This document shows positions 43,734-52,780 of a DNA stretch of 64,000 nucleotides, piece after piece. A program made the position numbers and the translations under genes. The DNA comes from Anaerolineales bacterium (GTDB lineage: Bacteria > Chloroflexota > Anaerolineae > Anaerolineales > Villigracilaceae), in the NCBI GenBank assembly GCA_034436335.1, contig DAOTVO010000025.1:28921-92920 (forward strand). Direction: 5' to 3'. The notes beneath the pieces were generated by a model. That model was not told the origin of the DNA. It saw nothing but the letters and a program-made list of their open reading frames with translations, and did not search any database. The stretch's first letter is position 1. Each line of letters starts with the position of its first letter.

Positions 43734-44879
43734 TTGGACATCTTCTTCGCCGTAACCGCTCCCGGTCTCGAGCCGTTTACCGCTCTCGAACTCTCCCGCC
43801 TCTTCCCGGACCGTGAGCCTGCCGCGTCCGAAGCGGGCGGCGTGACCTTCCGCGGCGATTTCGCTGACCTCGTGCGCGCCAACCTGCACCTGCGCACCGC
43901 CAGCCGCCTCCTCGCCCGCCTCGGCATGCCCTTCCTGGCGCGTGACTTCGACGAACTGCGCGCCAAAGCCGCCCGTCTGCCCTGGGAGCGTTTTCTCACG
44001 CCCGGACAGCCCGTCGCCCTGCGCGTCACCTGCCACAAGTCGAAACTCTACCACTCGGACGCGGTCGCCCGCACCCTCGCCTCCGCCCTCGCCAACCGCT
44101 TGGGACGGCCCTCTCCCCTTGTCAAAGCCGACGAGGAATCCGCCCAGCCGCCACAGTTGATTGTCGTCCGCCTGGCCGAAGACCGCGTCACCGTCAGCAT
44201 GGATTCGTCCGGGACAATCCTGCACAAGCGCGGCTACCGCCTGGCCTCGGCCAAAGCGCCCCTGCGCGAGACCCTAGCGGCAGGTCTCCTGCTGGCCTCC
44301 GGCTGGGACCTGCGCTCGCCGCTGCTCGATCCCTTCTGCGGCTCGGGGACGATTCCCATCGAGGCGGCGCTGATGGCGCTCGGCATCCCGCCGGGCAGCA
44401 GACGGCGTTTTGCGTTCATGGACTGGCCTGGGTATGATGAGACAGTGTTCAGGGAGCAGTGTTCAGCAGTCAGTGTTCAACCGTCAGAGGGCCGGGAAAG
44501 GCCGGTGATTCTGGCGTCGGACCGCGACGCAGGGGCCATCAAGATGGCACGGGAGAATGCCGAGCGCGCCGGGGTGGCCGAGTGCATCCAGTTCAGTCAG
44601 CGCGCCGTTTCGGCCCTCGAGCCGCCGCCGGGGCCGGGCTGGGTGGTCACCAACCCGCCCTACGGGGAGCGCATCCGCGGCGGCCGCGACCTGCGCGACC
44701 TCTACGCCCGCTTCGGCGACGTACTGCGCACCAAATGTCCCGGCTGGCAGGTTGCTGTGCTGTGCAACGACCTGGCTCTGCTCGGGCAGATGCGGCTGGA
44801 CCTGGACACGTCGCTGGCGCTGGTCAACGGGGGGATACACGTAAGGGTGGGGAGAGGAAGCGTTAAACAAGAGACGTAG
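43734..44879 (+). CDS. THUMP-domain class I SAM-dependent RNA (m2G-type) methyltransferase, RlmL/UPF0020-like
   Basis: TTG start, N-terminal THUMP-like region, DPFCGSGT and NPPYGERI motifs. Confidence 0.8.
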   Translation: MDIFFAVTAPGLEPFTALELSRLFPDREPAASEAGGVTFRGDFADLVRANLHLRTASRLLARLGMPFLARDFDELRAKAARLPWERFLTPGQPVALRVTCHKSKLYHSDAVARTLASALANRLGRPSPLVKADEESAQPPQLIVVRLAEDRVTVSMDSSGTILHKRGYRLASAKAPLRETLAAGLLLASGWDLRSPLLDPFCGSGTIPIEAALMALGIPPGSRRRFAFMDWPGYDETVFREQCSAVSVQPSEGRERPVILASDRDAGAIKMARENAERAGVAECIQFSQRAVSALEPPPGPGWVVTNPPYGERIRGGRDLRDLYARFGDVLRTKCPGWQVAVLCNDLALLGQMRLDLDTSLALVNGGIHVRVGRGSVKQET

Positions 44880-44967
44880 AAAAAAGCGCGGAAATCCATC
44901 AACTCCAGATAGTTTCGCCGCCAATGGCGCGAATTTTGCTCGCGCCACAGACAAGACATATGGGCAA

Positions 44968-45001
44968 GGGCTGTCCCAACAGATGGGGCAGCCCCTATTT
45001 T
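44968..45001 (+). terminator. intrinsic terminator after the methyltransferase gene
   Basis: Stem GGGCTGTCCC/GGGGCAGCCC with a 7-nt loop, then CTATTTT. Confidence 0.6.
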
Positions 45002-45024
45002 CATAAAGAGTATTTCACCCACCC

Positions 45025-46143
45025 TTATTGCTGCTTCGGCTTGCCCCCAAACAGCCCCAGCAGACGCTCCCAGCCGGAGCGAATCTGGAAAGATTTTAAC
45101 CTCCAGGTGCCGATGATGCCGTAGGGCAAGAAGAGGACAATTAGCACATAAACCACACCTATCAGGAAGGTGGACTGCTCGCCAACGAGACTCTTCAGCC
45201 CATATTCCAGCAAACGGTAGATGGCCGCTCCCACCAACGCGCCGCTCAACGTCCCGACCCCGCCGATGAGCGTCATCAACAGCGCCGCAATCGTAAAGCC
45301 CATGCCCGCAATGTGCGGGCTGACGATGGGCTGGAAGAGCGTATGCAGCATGCCCGCAATGGCCGCCGTGACGCTCGCCAGAATCAGCGAAATCAGTTTG
45401 AAATAAAACGTGTTGTACCCGAGCATACGCGCCCGCATCTCGTTCTCGCGAATGGCGACACAGACGCGACCGGTCGGAGAGTTGACGAAACGCCGGAAGA
45501 GCAGATAGAACGCCGTGAGCAGGCCGAGCGAGACATAGTAGAAGCGCATGCGATGGACGGCGGCATTGATGAACTCTGGAGCAATCACCCCCTGCAGGCC
45601 CACATCCGCGCCGGTGTAGGCGCTCAACTCGTGCGACTGAACGACGATGTAGAACACCGACGCAATCCCCAGCGTGACCAACGCAAAGGTCACGCCCTGG
45701 ACGCGCGGCAGGACAACGGCAAACAGGAGCGCCTGCACGATTGCCGCCAACAGTACCAGCCCCAGCGTGGCCCACAGCGACCAGCCAAAACTCTTGAGCA
45801 TCACACCGGTCAGGTAAGCGCCGACCGCGAAGAACATGGCATGACCGAACGAAAGCAGGCCCGTCACGCCCAGGATGAGGTCGTAACTCAGGGCAAACAA
45901 CGCCAGGATGAAAATCTCGATGGCCAGCCCCTGTACAAACTTGGCCGTCCCCGTTCCGTTGGCGAGCAGATCGGAGATAGGCTGACCGGTGACGATGGCG
46001 GTGAGGAACGGCAGGAGAATCATGACCAGCAGCACCCAGCCGCCGCCGACTTTGGCGAACACGTCGCGGAGCCGGGAAGCCGTTTTCGACAAATTGACTG
46101 TTGTCTGGCTCATGGCGTCACTCCTTCCGTCCCAGCAGGCCAC
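45025..46143 (-). CDS. Liv-type (HAAT family) ABC transporter permease, LivM-like
   Basis: 372 aa polytopic protein with LSFGHAMFFAVGAY motif. Confidence 0.85.
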   Translation of the reverse strand: MACWDGRSDAMSQTTVNLSKTASRLRDVFAKVGGGWVLLVMILLPFLTAIVTGQPISDLLANGTGTAKFVQGLAIEIFILALFALSYDLILGVTGLLSFGHAMFFAVGAYLTGVMLKSFGWSLWATLGLVLLAAIVQALLFAVVLPRVQGVTFALVTLGIASVFYIVVQSHELSAYTGADVGLQGVIAPEFINAAVHRMRFYYVSLGLLTAFYLLFRRFVNSPTGRVCVAIRENEMRARMLGYNTFYFKLISLILASVTAAIAGMLHTLFQPIVSPHIAGMGFTIAALLMTLIGGVGTLSGALVGAAIYRLLEYGLKSLVGEQSTFLIGVVYVLIVLFLPYGIIGTWRLKSFQIRSGWERLLGLFGGKPKQQ

Positions 46144-47689
46144 GCGGCAGCACCAGCAGGATAATGACCATCAGCAGGACGGTCGAGGCCGGGACGAGCG
46201 GCGGGGTAGGTTTGAACGGTTCGGTCAGGAACGGCAACTGGATACCTATCTGCCCGTACTTGATGATGAACTGCTGCATCAGCCCCACCAGCAGCGAGCC
46301 AAGCGCCGCGCCGGGGTAACTGGTCAGGCCGCCGATGGCGAGGGCAATCAGGGCGTTCAGCAGGAGACTTTCGCCCATGGCCGTGGAAATGCCCATCGAG
46401 GGCCCCGCCAGCGCACCGCCGAGGGCCGCCAGCCCCACCCCCAGGGCAAAGACGAAGGTGAAGACGCGCCGGACGTTGATTCCCAGCGCCTCCACCATCT
46501 CGCGGTCCTGAACGCCGGCGCGGATAATCATGCCGATGCGCGTCCGCTGGAGGAGAATCCAGATGCCGATCAGCACGATGAGTCCCACCAGCGGGATGAA
46601 AATCTCGTTGTAGACGCGGATGCGGCTTCCCATGAAGACAATTGTCGAGCAGTTGTCGCGGAAGATGCCCGCCAGCGTGGTCGCCGGGCAATTCGGGCCG
46701 CTGCCGTTGAAAACTGCCGGTTTGGGCATGGTGAACTCCGGGCGGCCCCAAATGGCACGCGCCAGTTCGATGCCCATCGCGCTCAGGCCAAGCGTAATCA
46801 TCAACTGGTAAATGGGGCGCGAATACAGCGGCCGGATGAGCGAGGACTCGATGAGGGCGCCAAGCCCGAAACCCGTCAGCAAGGCAACCAGAACAGCAAT
46901 GAAGAATAGCCAGTTGGACCCGAGTTTGACCAGCGCGTCGGTGAGCGGAGTATTGAAAAAGAAAACCAGCAGACCGGCGGCAAGAAGCACGGCAAAGGAG
47001 GCCAGGTATGACCACGACAGGCGCAGACTCTTGCGCGCCCCGCCTGCCCGGCGGCTGTTCTGCAATCCGGCCAAACTGAAGGCAAACAGGAAGCCGCCCA
47101 GAAGAATGCCGCTCAACACGAGCGCCGGATTTTTCTCCCCGAAGGTCTCCGGCGGCGGGATGAGGCGCGTGCCGCTGTCGGCAAAGAGCGAATAGGTGCC
47201 CGGGCTTTGGGTGTACACGGCGGGATTCCAAATCGTCACCGGGTAGGCGCGCAGGTTGAAGAAAAGCAGGGCGCCGGCAGTGAGCAGTCCCGCCCAGGGC
47301 CACAACCGCGCTGGCAGACTCTTCCCTGCCAGGCGGCTGGCGAGGAAATCCCACAGCGGCAGGAGGACGAACCCGGCCGCGGCCAGGCAGAGCGGGGTCA
47401 GCAAGTCAATGAAGGTATCAGGGCGCACATAAACGGTCCAGGCCACGTACGCGCCAATCATGAACAGCGTCCCGTGCGCCAGGTTGAGTACGTCCAGCAG
47501 GCCGAAGATGAGCGAAAAGCCAGAGGCCACCAGGAAGGTCACGGCAGCGACCGACAAACTGCGCAGGAGCGTCACCACCCAGTCCTGAGTTTCCATGCCC
47601 TGAATGGCAAGGAGAAGCAGGGAGAGCAGGACAGCAGTCGTGATGAGCAGGGAGCGGTTACGCCGCAAATAGAGCAAGAACGATTTCAT
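46118..47689 (-). CDS. Liv-type ABC transporter permease, LivH-like with large insertions (523 aa)
   Basis: Preferred start is ATG 47689, after GGAGG. NLAHGTLFMIGAY and C-terminal LivH-like motifs. The ORF-track start at 47932 would overlap the upstream ATPase gene. Confidence 0.8.
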   Translation of the reverse strand: MKSFLLYLRRNRSLLITTAVLLSLLLLAIQGMETQDWVVTLLRSLSVAAVTFLVASGFSLIFGLLDVLNLAHGTLFMIGAYVAWTVYVRPDTFIDLLTPLCLAAAGFVLLPLWDFLASRLAGKSLPARLWPWAGLLTAGALLFFNLRAYPVTIWNPAVYTQSPGTYSLFADSGTRLIPPPETFGEKNPALVLSGILLGGFLFAFSLAGLQNSRRAGGARKSLRLSWSYLASFAVLLAAGLLVFFFNTPLTDALVKLGSNWLFFIAVLVALLTGFGLGALIESSLIRPLYSRPIYQLMITLGLSAMGIELARAIWGRPEFTMPKPAVFNGSGPNCPATTLAGIFRDNCSTIVFMGSRIRVYNEIFIPLVGLIVLIGIWILLQRTRIGMIIRAGVQDREMVEALGINVRRVFTFVFALGVGLAALGGALAGPSMGISTAMGESLLLNALIALAIGGLTSYPGAALGSLLVGLMQQFIIKYGQIGIQLPFLTEPFKPTPPLVPASTVLLMVIILLVLPRGLLGRKE

Positions 47690-47699
47690 GAAAGACCTC

Positions 47700-48404
47700 C
47701 TACGCCGCGCCGAGATAGCGGTGGATGGCGGCCTCATCCTTGACCAGGTCGGCCATTTTTCCAGATTTGACCGACTTGCCTTCCTCGATGATGACGTACT
47801 CTTCGGCCAACTGGCTGGCGACGATGAAGTTCTGCTCGACCAGCAGGATGGTCGTCTCAGCTGAGAGTTGGCGGATGGCGAGGATGAGTTGTTCGATGAT
47901 GACCGGGGCGAGGCCTTCGGTCGGCTCGTCAATCAGGAGCAGGCGGTTGTCGGCTACGAGGGCACGGGCAATTGCCAGCATCTGCTGCTGACCGCCGGAG
48001 AGATGGTTGCCGGGCAGGTGAATCAACCGCTGGAGGTCGGGGAAGAGGCCGAAAATCATCTCCTGCTTGCGGCGCAGGTCGCCGCGTTTGCGCTCGGCAA
48101 TCTTCAGGTTCTCCTCCACGCTCAAGTCGCGGAAGATGGCGCGCTGTTCGGGGACGAAGCCGATGCCAAGAGCGGCAATGTCGAAACTGCGCATTTCGTG
48201 GATGGGGCGGCTGTCGAAAATCACTTCGCCCTGGCGGGGCGGCGTCAGGCCGAGGATAGACTTGAGTGTGGTCGTCTTGCCTGCGCCGTTGCGTCCCAGC
48301 AAAGCGGTGATTCCGCCGCGGCGCACCGAGAGACTGACGCCCTGAAGGATGTGATATTGGCCGATGAAGGTGTGGATATCGCGTACTTCGAGCAGGGTTT
48401 CCAT
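47700..48404 (-). CDS. Liv-type ABC transporter ATP-binding protein (LivF-like)
   Basis: GRNGAGKTT, LSGGQQQMLAIARAL, LLLIDEPTEGL. Confidence 0.9.
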   Translation of the reverse strand: METLLEVRDIHTFIGQYHILQGVSLSVRRGGITALLGRNGAGKTTTLKSILGLTPPRQGEVIFDSRPIHEMRSFDIAALGIGFVPEQRAIFRDLSVEENLKIAERKRGDLRRKQEMIFGLFPDLQRLIHLPGNHLSGGQQQMLAIARALVADNRLLLIDEPTEGLAPVIIEQLILAIRQLSAETTILLVEQNFIVASQLAEEYVIIEEGKSVKSGKMADLVKDEAAIHRYLGAA

Positions 48405-48406
48405 GC

Positions 48407-49189
48407 CTAGGCCTCCTTCCCCTGCAGGTCGCCGTAAAGTTTACCCAGATAGGCGCTCTGGACTTCGGGATTGGCGGCGATTTCGGCAGGCGTTCCCTCG
48501 GCCAGGATGCGCCCCTGATGCATGACGGTGATGCGGTCGGAAATGTTCATGACAACGCTCATGTTGTGTTCCACCAGGATGATGGTCTTTCCGCCCGCTG
48601 CCTTGATCTTGCCGATGAGGGCCATCATCTCGGGGACCTGTTCGGCGGCCATGCCTGCCGTCGGTTCATCGAGCAGGATGAGTTTCGGGTCGGGGGCGAG
48701 GAGGATGGCCAGTTCGAGTTTGCGCTGGTCGCCGTGCGGCAGGGCGCGCGCCGGCATGAGCGCGCGTTCCGCCAAGCCGACGAGGGTCAGCGCTTCCCAA
48801 GCGCGCTCTTCATAGTGCTTGAAGTAACCGGCCGGGCGCAGGAAGCGAAAGTTATCCTTCCCCAGCGCCTGCACAGCCAGCCGGACATTCTCGAAGGCGG
48901 TCAGGTTGGGGAAGAGATTGGTAATCTGGAACGAACGCCCAATACCCAAATGCGCGATGCGGTGCATCGGCAGGCGGGTAAGCTCGCGGCCTTCGAAAAA
49001 GACCCGACCAGCAGTCGGCTCGAAGGCGTTGCTCAACAGGTTGAACAGGGTTGTTTTCCCGGCTCCGTTCGGCCCGATGATGGCGTGAATGGTATTGGCC
49101 TGCACGCGCAGGTCAACATTGTCCACGGCCACCAGGGCGCCGAATTCTTTGCGCAGGGCACGGGCTTCTAGAATGACGGAATCATCCAT
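48407..49189 (-). CDS. Liv-type ABC transporter ATP-binding protein (LivG-like)
   Basis: GPNGAGKTT, GDQRKLELA, LILLDEPTAGM. ATG 49189 preferred over TTG 49216. Confidence 0.9.
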   Translation of the reverse strand: MDDSVILEARALRKEFGALVAVDNVDLRVQANTIHAIIGPNGAGKTTLFNLLSNAFEPTAGRVFFEGRELTRLPMHRIAHLGIGRSFQITNLFPNLTAFENVRLAVQALGKDNFRFLRPAGYFKHYEERAWEALTLVGLAERALMPARALPHGDQRKLELAILLAPDPKLILLDEPTAGMAAEQVPEMMALIGKIKAAGGKTIILVEHNMSVVMNISDRITVMHQGRILAEGTPAEIAANPEVQSAYLGKLYGDLQGKEA

Positions 49190-49252
49190 GGAATCTTCTC
49201 TCGGCTTGGAATACAAGATCGCTTTAGAGAATGTTTGAGAAATTCTGATTCA

Positions 49253-49349
49253 CCAGAGAGAAACAGAGATGAACAAGGGTATTTTGGCCTTTCGACAGCC
49301 GAAAGGCGGTGTTCATCAAACAAATCCTGTTTATCTCCGTTCATCACCG
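49253..49349. repeat. word-family palindrome around a perfect 8-bp hairpin
   Basis: Reverse units CAGAGAGAAAC/CAGAGATGAAC (49254-49274), hairpin GCCTTTCG-ACAGC-CGAAAGGC (49287-49307), then forward units GTTCATCAAAC, GTTTATCTCC, GTTCATCACC (49311-49348). Confidence 0.85.
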
Positions 49350-49456
49350 ATTAAATTTTTTGACTTTCAAAACGCTCTCTTAAGAGAACGGCATCATCCT
49401 CCCGCACCCGGGAGAGGAGCCAAGGGACAAGCAAAAGGTGCGAAAATGATAATTGC

Positions 49457-49490
49457 AAAACGGGGCAGGCGCAATGGCTGCGCCCGCCCC
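49457..49490 (-). terminator. intrinsic terminator after the substrate-binding-protein gene
   Basis: 12-bp stem (one mismatch) at 49462-49473 / 49479-49490. A U4 run follows on the minus strand (A4 at 49457-49460). Confidence 0.65.
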
Positions 49491-49507
49491 AGGGAATGAA
49501 GAACCGA

Positions 49508-50869
49508 TTACTTGCCGCTCAGGCTGCCATAGGGCAGGGAGCCGCAGCGGTCTTTAAGAGTCTCGGGCAGGAGGCACGGAGGCTCCGGACGGTTGGTGCC
49601 GACATATTCGTAATACTTGAATTCCGGGTCGGTGACGTTGGTCAGTTTCAGGATATACATATCCTGAATGGCGACATGGTCTTCGGGGCGGATGTAAATT
49701 GTGCCTTTAGGGCCGTCGAAGGTCATGCCTTCCATCGCTGCAATCAGCGCCGAGGCGGTGGTGTCGCCATTGGTGGCTTTGATGGCTTCCACGAGCATGA
49801 GGGCGGCGTTCATGCCGTCCGCATCGAACAAGTCGGGCGGCACGCCATAGCGAGCGCGGGTCTCGAAGACCAGCCAGCCGTTGATGGGGTTGTCCTGCGG
49901 AGCGGTGTAATGATAGAGAATGCCGGAGGTGGTGCCAACCGCGTTTGAGAAGAAGATCGGCATCAGGGCGTTATCAATGAAGGTCGAGCCAAGAGTCATG
50001 GTCTCGTTGACGCCCTGATCGGCCGCAGCCTGCATCATGGCAATGAAGCCGCCGCCAGCCCAGGTGACGATCCAGGATTCGGCGCCGGAGGCTTTGATTT
50101 GTTCCATGTAGGGGGTGAAATCAGTTGTGGTGGCCGGGGCGAAGATATCATCGGCCACGAAAGTGCCGCCGTTGAGCGTGCAGGAATCGCGGAAGGCGGC
50201 CGCTGAGCCGCGTCCAAACGCATAGTCCGGGGCAATCTGGACGAAGGTCTTGTATTGCGTTGGCAGGTAGGCGCACAGGTTCATGGCATCCTGGTAGTTG
50301 TTGCGGCTGACGCGGAAGGTGTACTCGTTGAAGTTTGCGCCGGTAATATCGTTGGCGGCAGCGGGGGCCACAATCAGTGGAATTTTGTTCTCGGCAGCGA
50401 TGCCCTGCAAGGTGGCCGTCGCGCCCGAAGAGACCGTGCCGACCAGGATGTCCACGCCTTTGACCTCAATCATCTCGCGGGCGATGGTGGCAGTGGTATC
50501 GGCATTGCTCTGGTCATCGGCCACATAGACGATAATCTGGCAATTCTCCAGGGTGAAGGTGTTTTCCTGGGTGGCGGTGAAATCGAACTTCTCACCGGCC
50601 GTGCCGGGAGCGCCGGTGGCGTATTCCATGCCGAGCATGAAGGAGCGCAGAATCATCTGACCGTAGATGGCCAGCGCGCCGGAGGCGTCGGTAATCAGGC
50701 CGACCTTAATCGGCTCGGCGCAGGTCAGGCCGGTGGGAGCGGGCGGCTCGGTGGCCGGGGGTTCGGTGGCAGGCGGCTCTGTGGGAGCAGGGGTTTCAGT
50801 TGGGCCGCAGGCCGAGAGAACGAGCGAGCCAAGCAGGACAACGAACAGCAAGAAACGAGCGGTTTTCAT
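49508..50869 (-). CDS. Liv-type ABC transporter periplasmic substrate-binding lipoprotein
   Basis: MKTARFLLFVVLLGSLVLSAC lipobox, a Pro/Thr/Glu-rich linker, then a type I PBP fold. Start ATG 50869 after AGGAGGAG. Confidence 0.85.
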   Translation of the reverse strand: MKTARFLLFVVLLGSLVLSACGPTETPAPTEPPATEPPATEPPAPTGLTCAEPIKVGLITDASGALAIYGQMILRSFMLGMEYATGAPGTAGEKFDFTATQENTFTLENCQIIVYVADDQSNADTTATIAREMIEVKGVDILVGTVSSGATATLQGIAAENKIPLIVAPAAANDITGANFNEYTFRVSRNNYQDAMNLCAYLPTQYKTFVQIAPDYAFGRGSAAAFRDSCTLNGGTFVADDIFAPATTTDFTPYMEQIKASGAESWIVTWAGGGFIAMMQAAADQGVNETMTLGSTFIDNALMPIFFSNAVGTTSGILYHYTAPQDNPINGWLVFETRARYGVPPDLFDADGMNAALMLVEAIKATNGDTTASALIAAMEGMTFDGPKGTIYIRPEDHVAIQDMYILKLTNVTDPEFKYYEYVGTNRPEPPCLLPETLKDRCGSLPYGSLSGK

Positions 50870-51001
50870 GGACTTACTCCTCCTAAAAGATTTGAAATTG
50901 GGTGTTCGGCAATTAGACAATCCAGAAGAAAATCAATTTGCAGGAATCACCTCCTTTGCTCACGATGACTCTCGTTTGAGAATGAAGGCCGTCTGCGTCA
51001 A

Positions 51002-51415
51002 TCAGGGTTGGAAGCCGAGAAAGGTCTTGGCAGACTCACCTTCGCCGCGCGTCAGGAACGTCGCCGCGACCGGCATGCCGATCTGGATGCTTTCTGGGTG
51101 AACCACATCCACGCCGACCAGTTGGGCGCAGATGCTGGGGCCTTCCTCCAGTTTGACCACCGCCGCGCAGTAGGGATTCTTGCGGTCGTAGCCGGCCTGG
51201 AGCATGGCCGTGGGGGCGATATAGATGACCGAGTAAGCGGCAAGATAACCTTTGCCAGAAAGTTCAACGGCTTCCATGTCCTTGCCGTAACATTCGGGAC
51301 ACATCGGGCGGGCCGGGAAGTAGAGGCTGCCGCAGGCCTTGCAGCGGCTGGCGATCAGTTTGTGCTCGCCGAGCGCCTGGTAATAACTGGTGTGGGTAAA
51401 TTCGATGTCGCTCAT
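51002..51415 (-). CDS. DUF35 Zn-ribbon/OB-fold protein (thiolase partner)
   Basis: CKACGSLYFPARPMCPECYG zinc ribbon followed by an OB-fold. 3 nt downstream of the thiolase-like gene. Confidence 0.85.
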   Translation of the reverse strand: MSDIEFTHTSYYQALGEHKLIASRCKACGSLYFPARPMCPECYGKDMEAVELSGKGYLAAYSVIYIAPTAMLQAGYDRKNPYCAAVVKLEEGPSICAQLVGVDVVHPESIQIGMPVAATFLTRGEGESAKTFLGFQP

Positions 51416-51418
51416 GAT

Positions 51419-52681
51419 TTATCTCCGTTCGAAGATATGCACCGTGCAGGTCTGGCCGGTGCCGCCGACGTTGTGCGTCAGGCCAAGGTGGGGGTCGCCG
51501 GGCAACTGGCGCGCCCCGGCTTCGCCGCGCAACTGCTTCCAGATTTCCACCACCTGACCCACGCCCGAAGCGCCGACCGGGTGCCCCTTGGACTTGAGCC
51601 CGCCGGATGTGTTGATGGGGCGCGACCCGCCGCGGGCCGTCTGCCCCTCTTCCACCGCCCGCCAGCCTTGCCCCGGCTCGAAGAAGCCCAGGTCTTCGCT
51701 GGCGATGATTTCGGCAATCGTGAAGCAATCGTGAACTTCGACAACCTGAATATCGGCAGGCCGCACACCGGCCATCTCGTAGGCAATCTGGGCCGCGCGT
51801 TTGGCCGAAGGCAGGGAGGTCAGCGTGGGGCGGTCGTGGGTGGCGGAATCGCTGGCCTGACCGGAGCCAATGATGTAGATTGGCTTGTCGGTGAAGCGGC
51901 GGGCGAGGTCCTCGCTGACAAGAATCACCGCTGCCGCGCCGTCCGAGACCGGTGAGCAGTCGTAGAGGCGCATCGGCCAGGCAATGATCGGGTTGGCGCG
52001 GTCATCCTTGAGAAAGGCCATCTCATCTGCCCATTCAGGGATGGGCAGCCCCTTCTTGGCAGCGCTCTTCTTGCGGATTTCCATGATGTCGGCAATGCGC
52101 TGGCCAAACTGGGCTTTGTCATTGAGCGAACCGTTCTCGTGGTTCTTGTAACCGACCTTCAGGAAGACATCCATGTTTGCGCCGTAGTCATGCATGTAGG
52201 CGGTCGCCATCGAGGCATAGAGACCGGGGAAGGTAAAACCAGCCGGGACCTCGTATAGGGAGTCGGCAGCGATGGCGAGGGAATCGGTGACGCGCTCGGT
52301 GGGCAGGTCGGTCATCTTCTCGATGCCGCCCACCAGCACGATGTCATAGAGACCGGAAGCAATCGCCAGAATGCCCTGGCGTAGAGCCGCGCCGCCCGAT
52401 GCGCAGGCATCCTCGATGCGGGTGGCAGGACGCGGCGTCAGGCCGACCCAGTCGGCCATGATGGGGGCAGTGTGAGCCTGGTTCTCAAACAGGTCGCTGC
52501 TGAAGTTGCCGATGAAGAGCGCTTCGATGTCTCGGGGGTCGAAGCCCTTGTCCACCGAGGCCAGCATCTCCTGAAAGGCATCTACAAACAGGTCACGGCT
52601 GGATTTGCCGGGAAAAGCACCGAATTTGGACATCCCTGTCCCAACGATAGCCACTCCCCGGCCTAGTTTGCGTTTGGTCAT
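51419..52681 (-). CDS. thiolase-superfamily protein, SCP-x/archaeal-type
   Basis: VAIVGTGMSKFG..., IEDACASGG (active Cys), C-terminal GHPVGASG...NVGGTG. Start ATG 52681 after AGGAG. Confidence 0.85.
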   Translation of the reverse strand: MTKRKLGRGVAIVGTGMSKFGAFPGKSSRDLFVDAFQEMLASVDKGFDPRDIEALFIGNFSSDLFENQAHTAPIMADWVGLTPRPATRIEDACASGGAALRQGILAIASGLYDIVLVGGIEKMTDLPTERVTDSLAIAADSLYEVPAGFTFPGLYASMATAYMHDYGANMDVFLKVGYKNHENGSLNDKAQFGQRIADIMEIRKKSAAKKGLPIPEWADEMAFLKDDRANPIIAWPMRLYDCSPVSDGAAAVILVSEDLARRFTDKPIYIIGSGQASDSATHDRPTLTSLPSAKRAAQIAYEMAGVRPADIQVVEVHDCFTIAEIIASEDLGFFEPGQGWRAVEEGQTARGGSRPINTSGGLKSKGHPVGASGVGQVVEIWKQLRGEAGARQLPGDPHLGLTHNVGGTGQTCTVHIFERR

Positions 52682-52715
52682 GCTTTCACTCCTTGATAAG
52701 ATTTCCATTTGGCCG

Positions 52716-52770
52716 CAGAGAAACGCGGATGGACAACGAGGGTGATCTAACTAATCTGCGTTCATCTGTG
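52716..52770. repeat. degenerate word-family pair in inverted orientation
   Basis: CAGAGAAAC GCGGATGGACAAC (52716-52737) and GTTCATCTGTG (52760-52770), in the spacer between the hydrolase stop and the thiolase start. Confidence 0.6.
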
Positions 52771-52780
52771 ATTGCTAAAA

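Noticed and set aside
43557-44225. 222-aa minus-strand ORF spanning the 55-bp repeats and the 5' part of the methyltransferase gene.
   Set aside because: Its N-terminal part is antisense to a well-supported THUMP methyltransferase and the rest is repeat-encoded (…FNTKGAKGAQRLTKK…). No motifs were recognised.
49269-49499. 76-aa ORF in the SBP|livG spacer.
   Set aside because: It is composed of repeat and hairpin sequence (word units, stem-loops, terminator) on the strand opposite to the operon.
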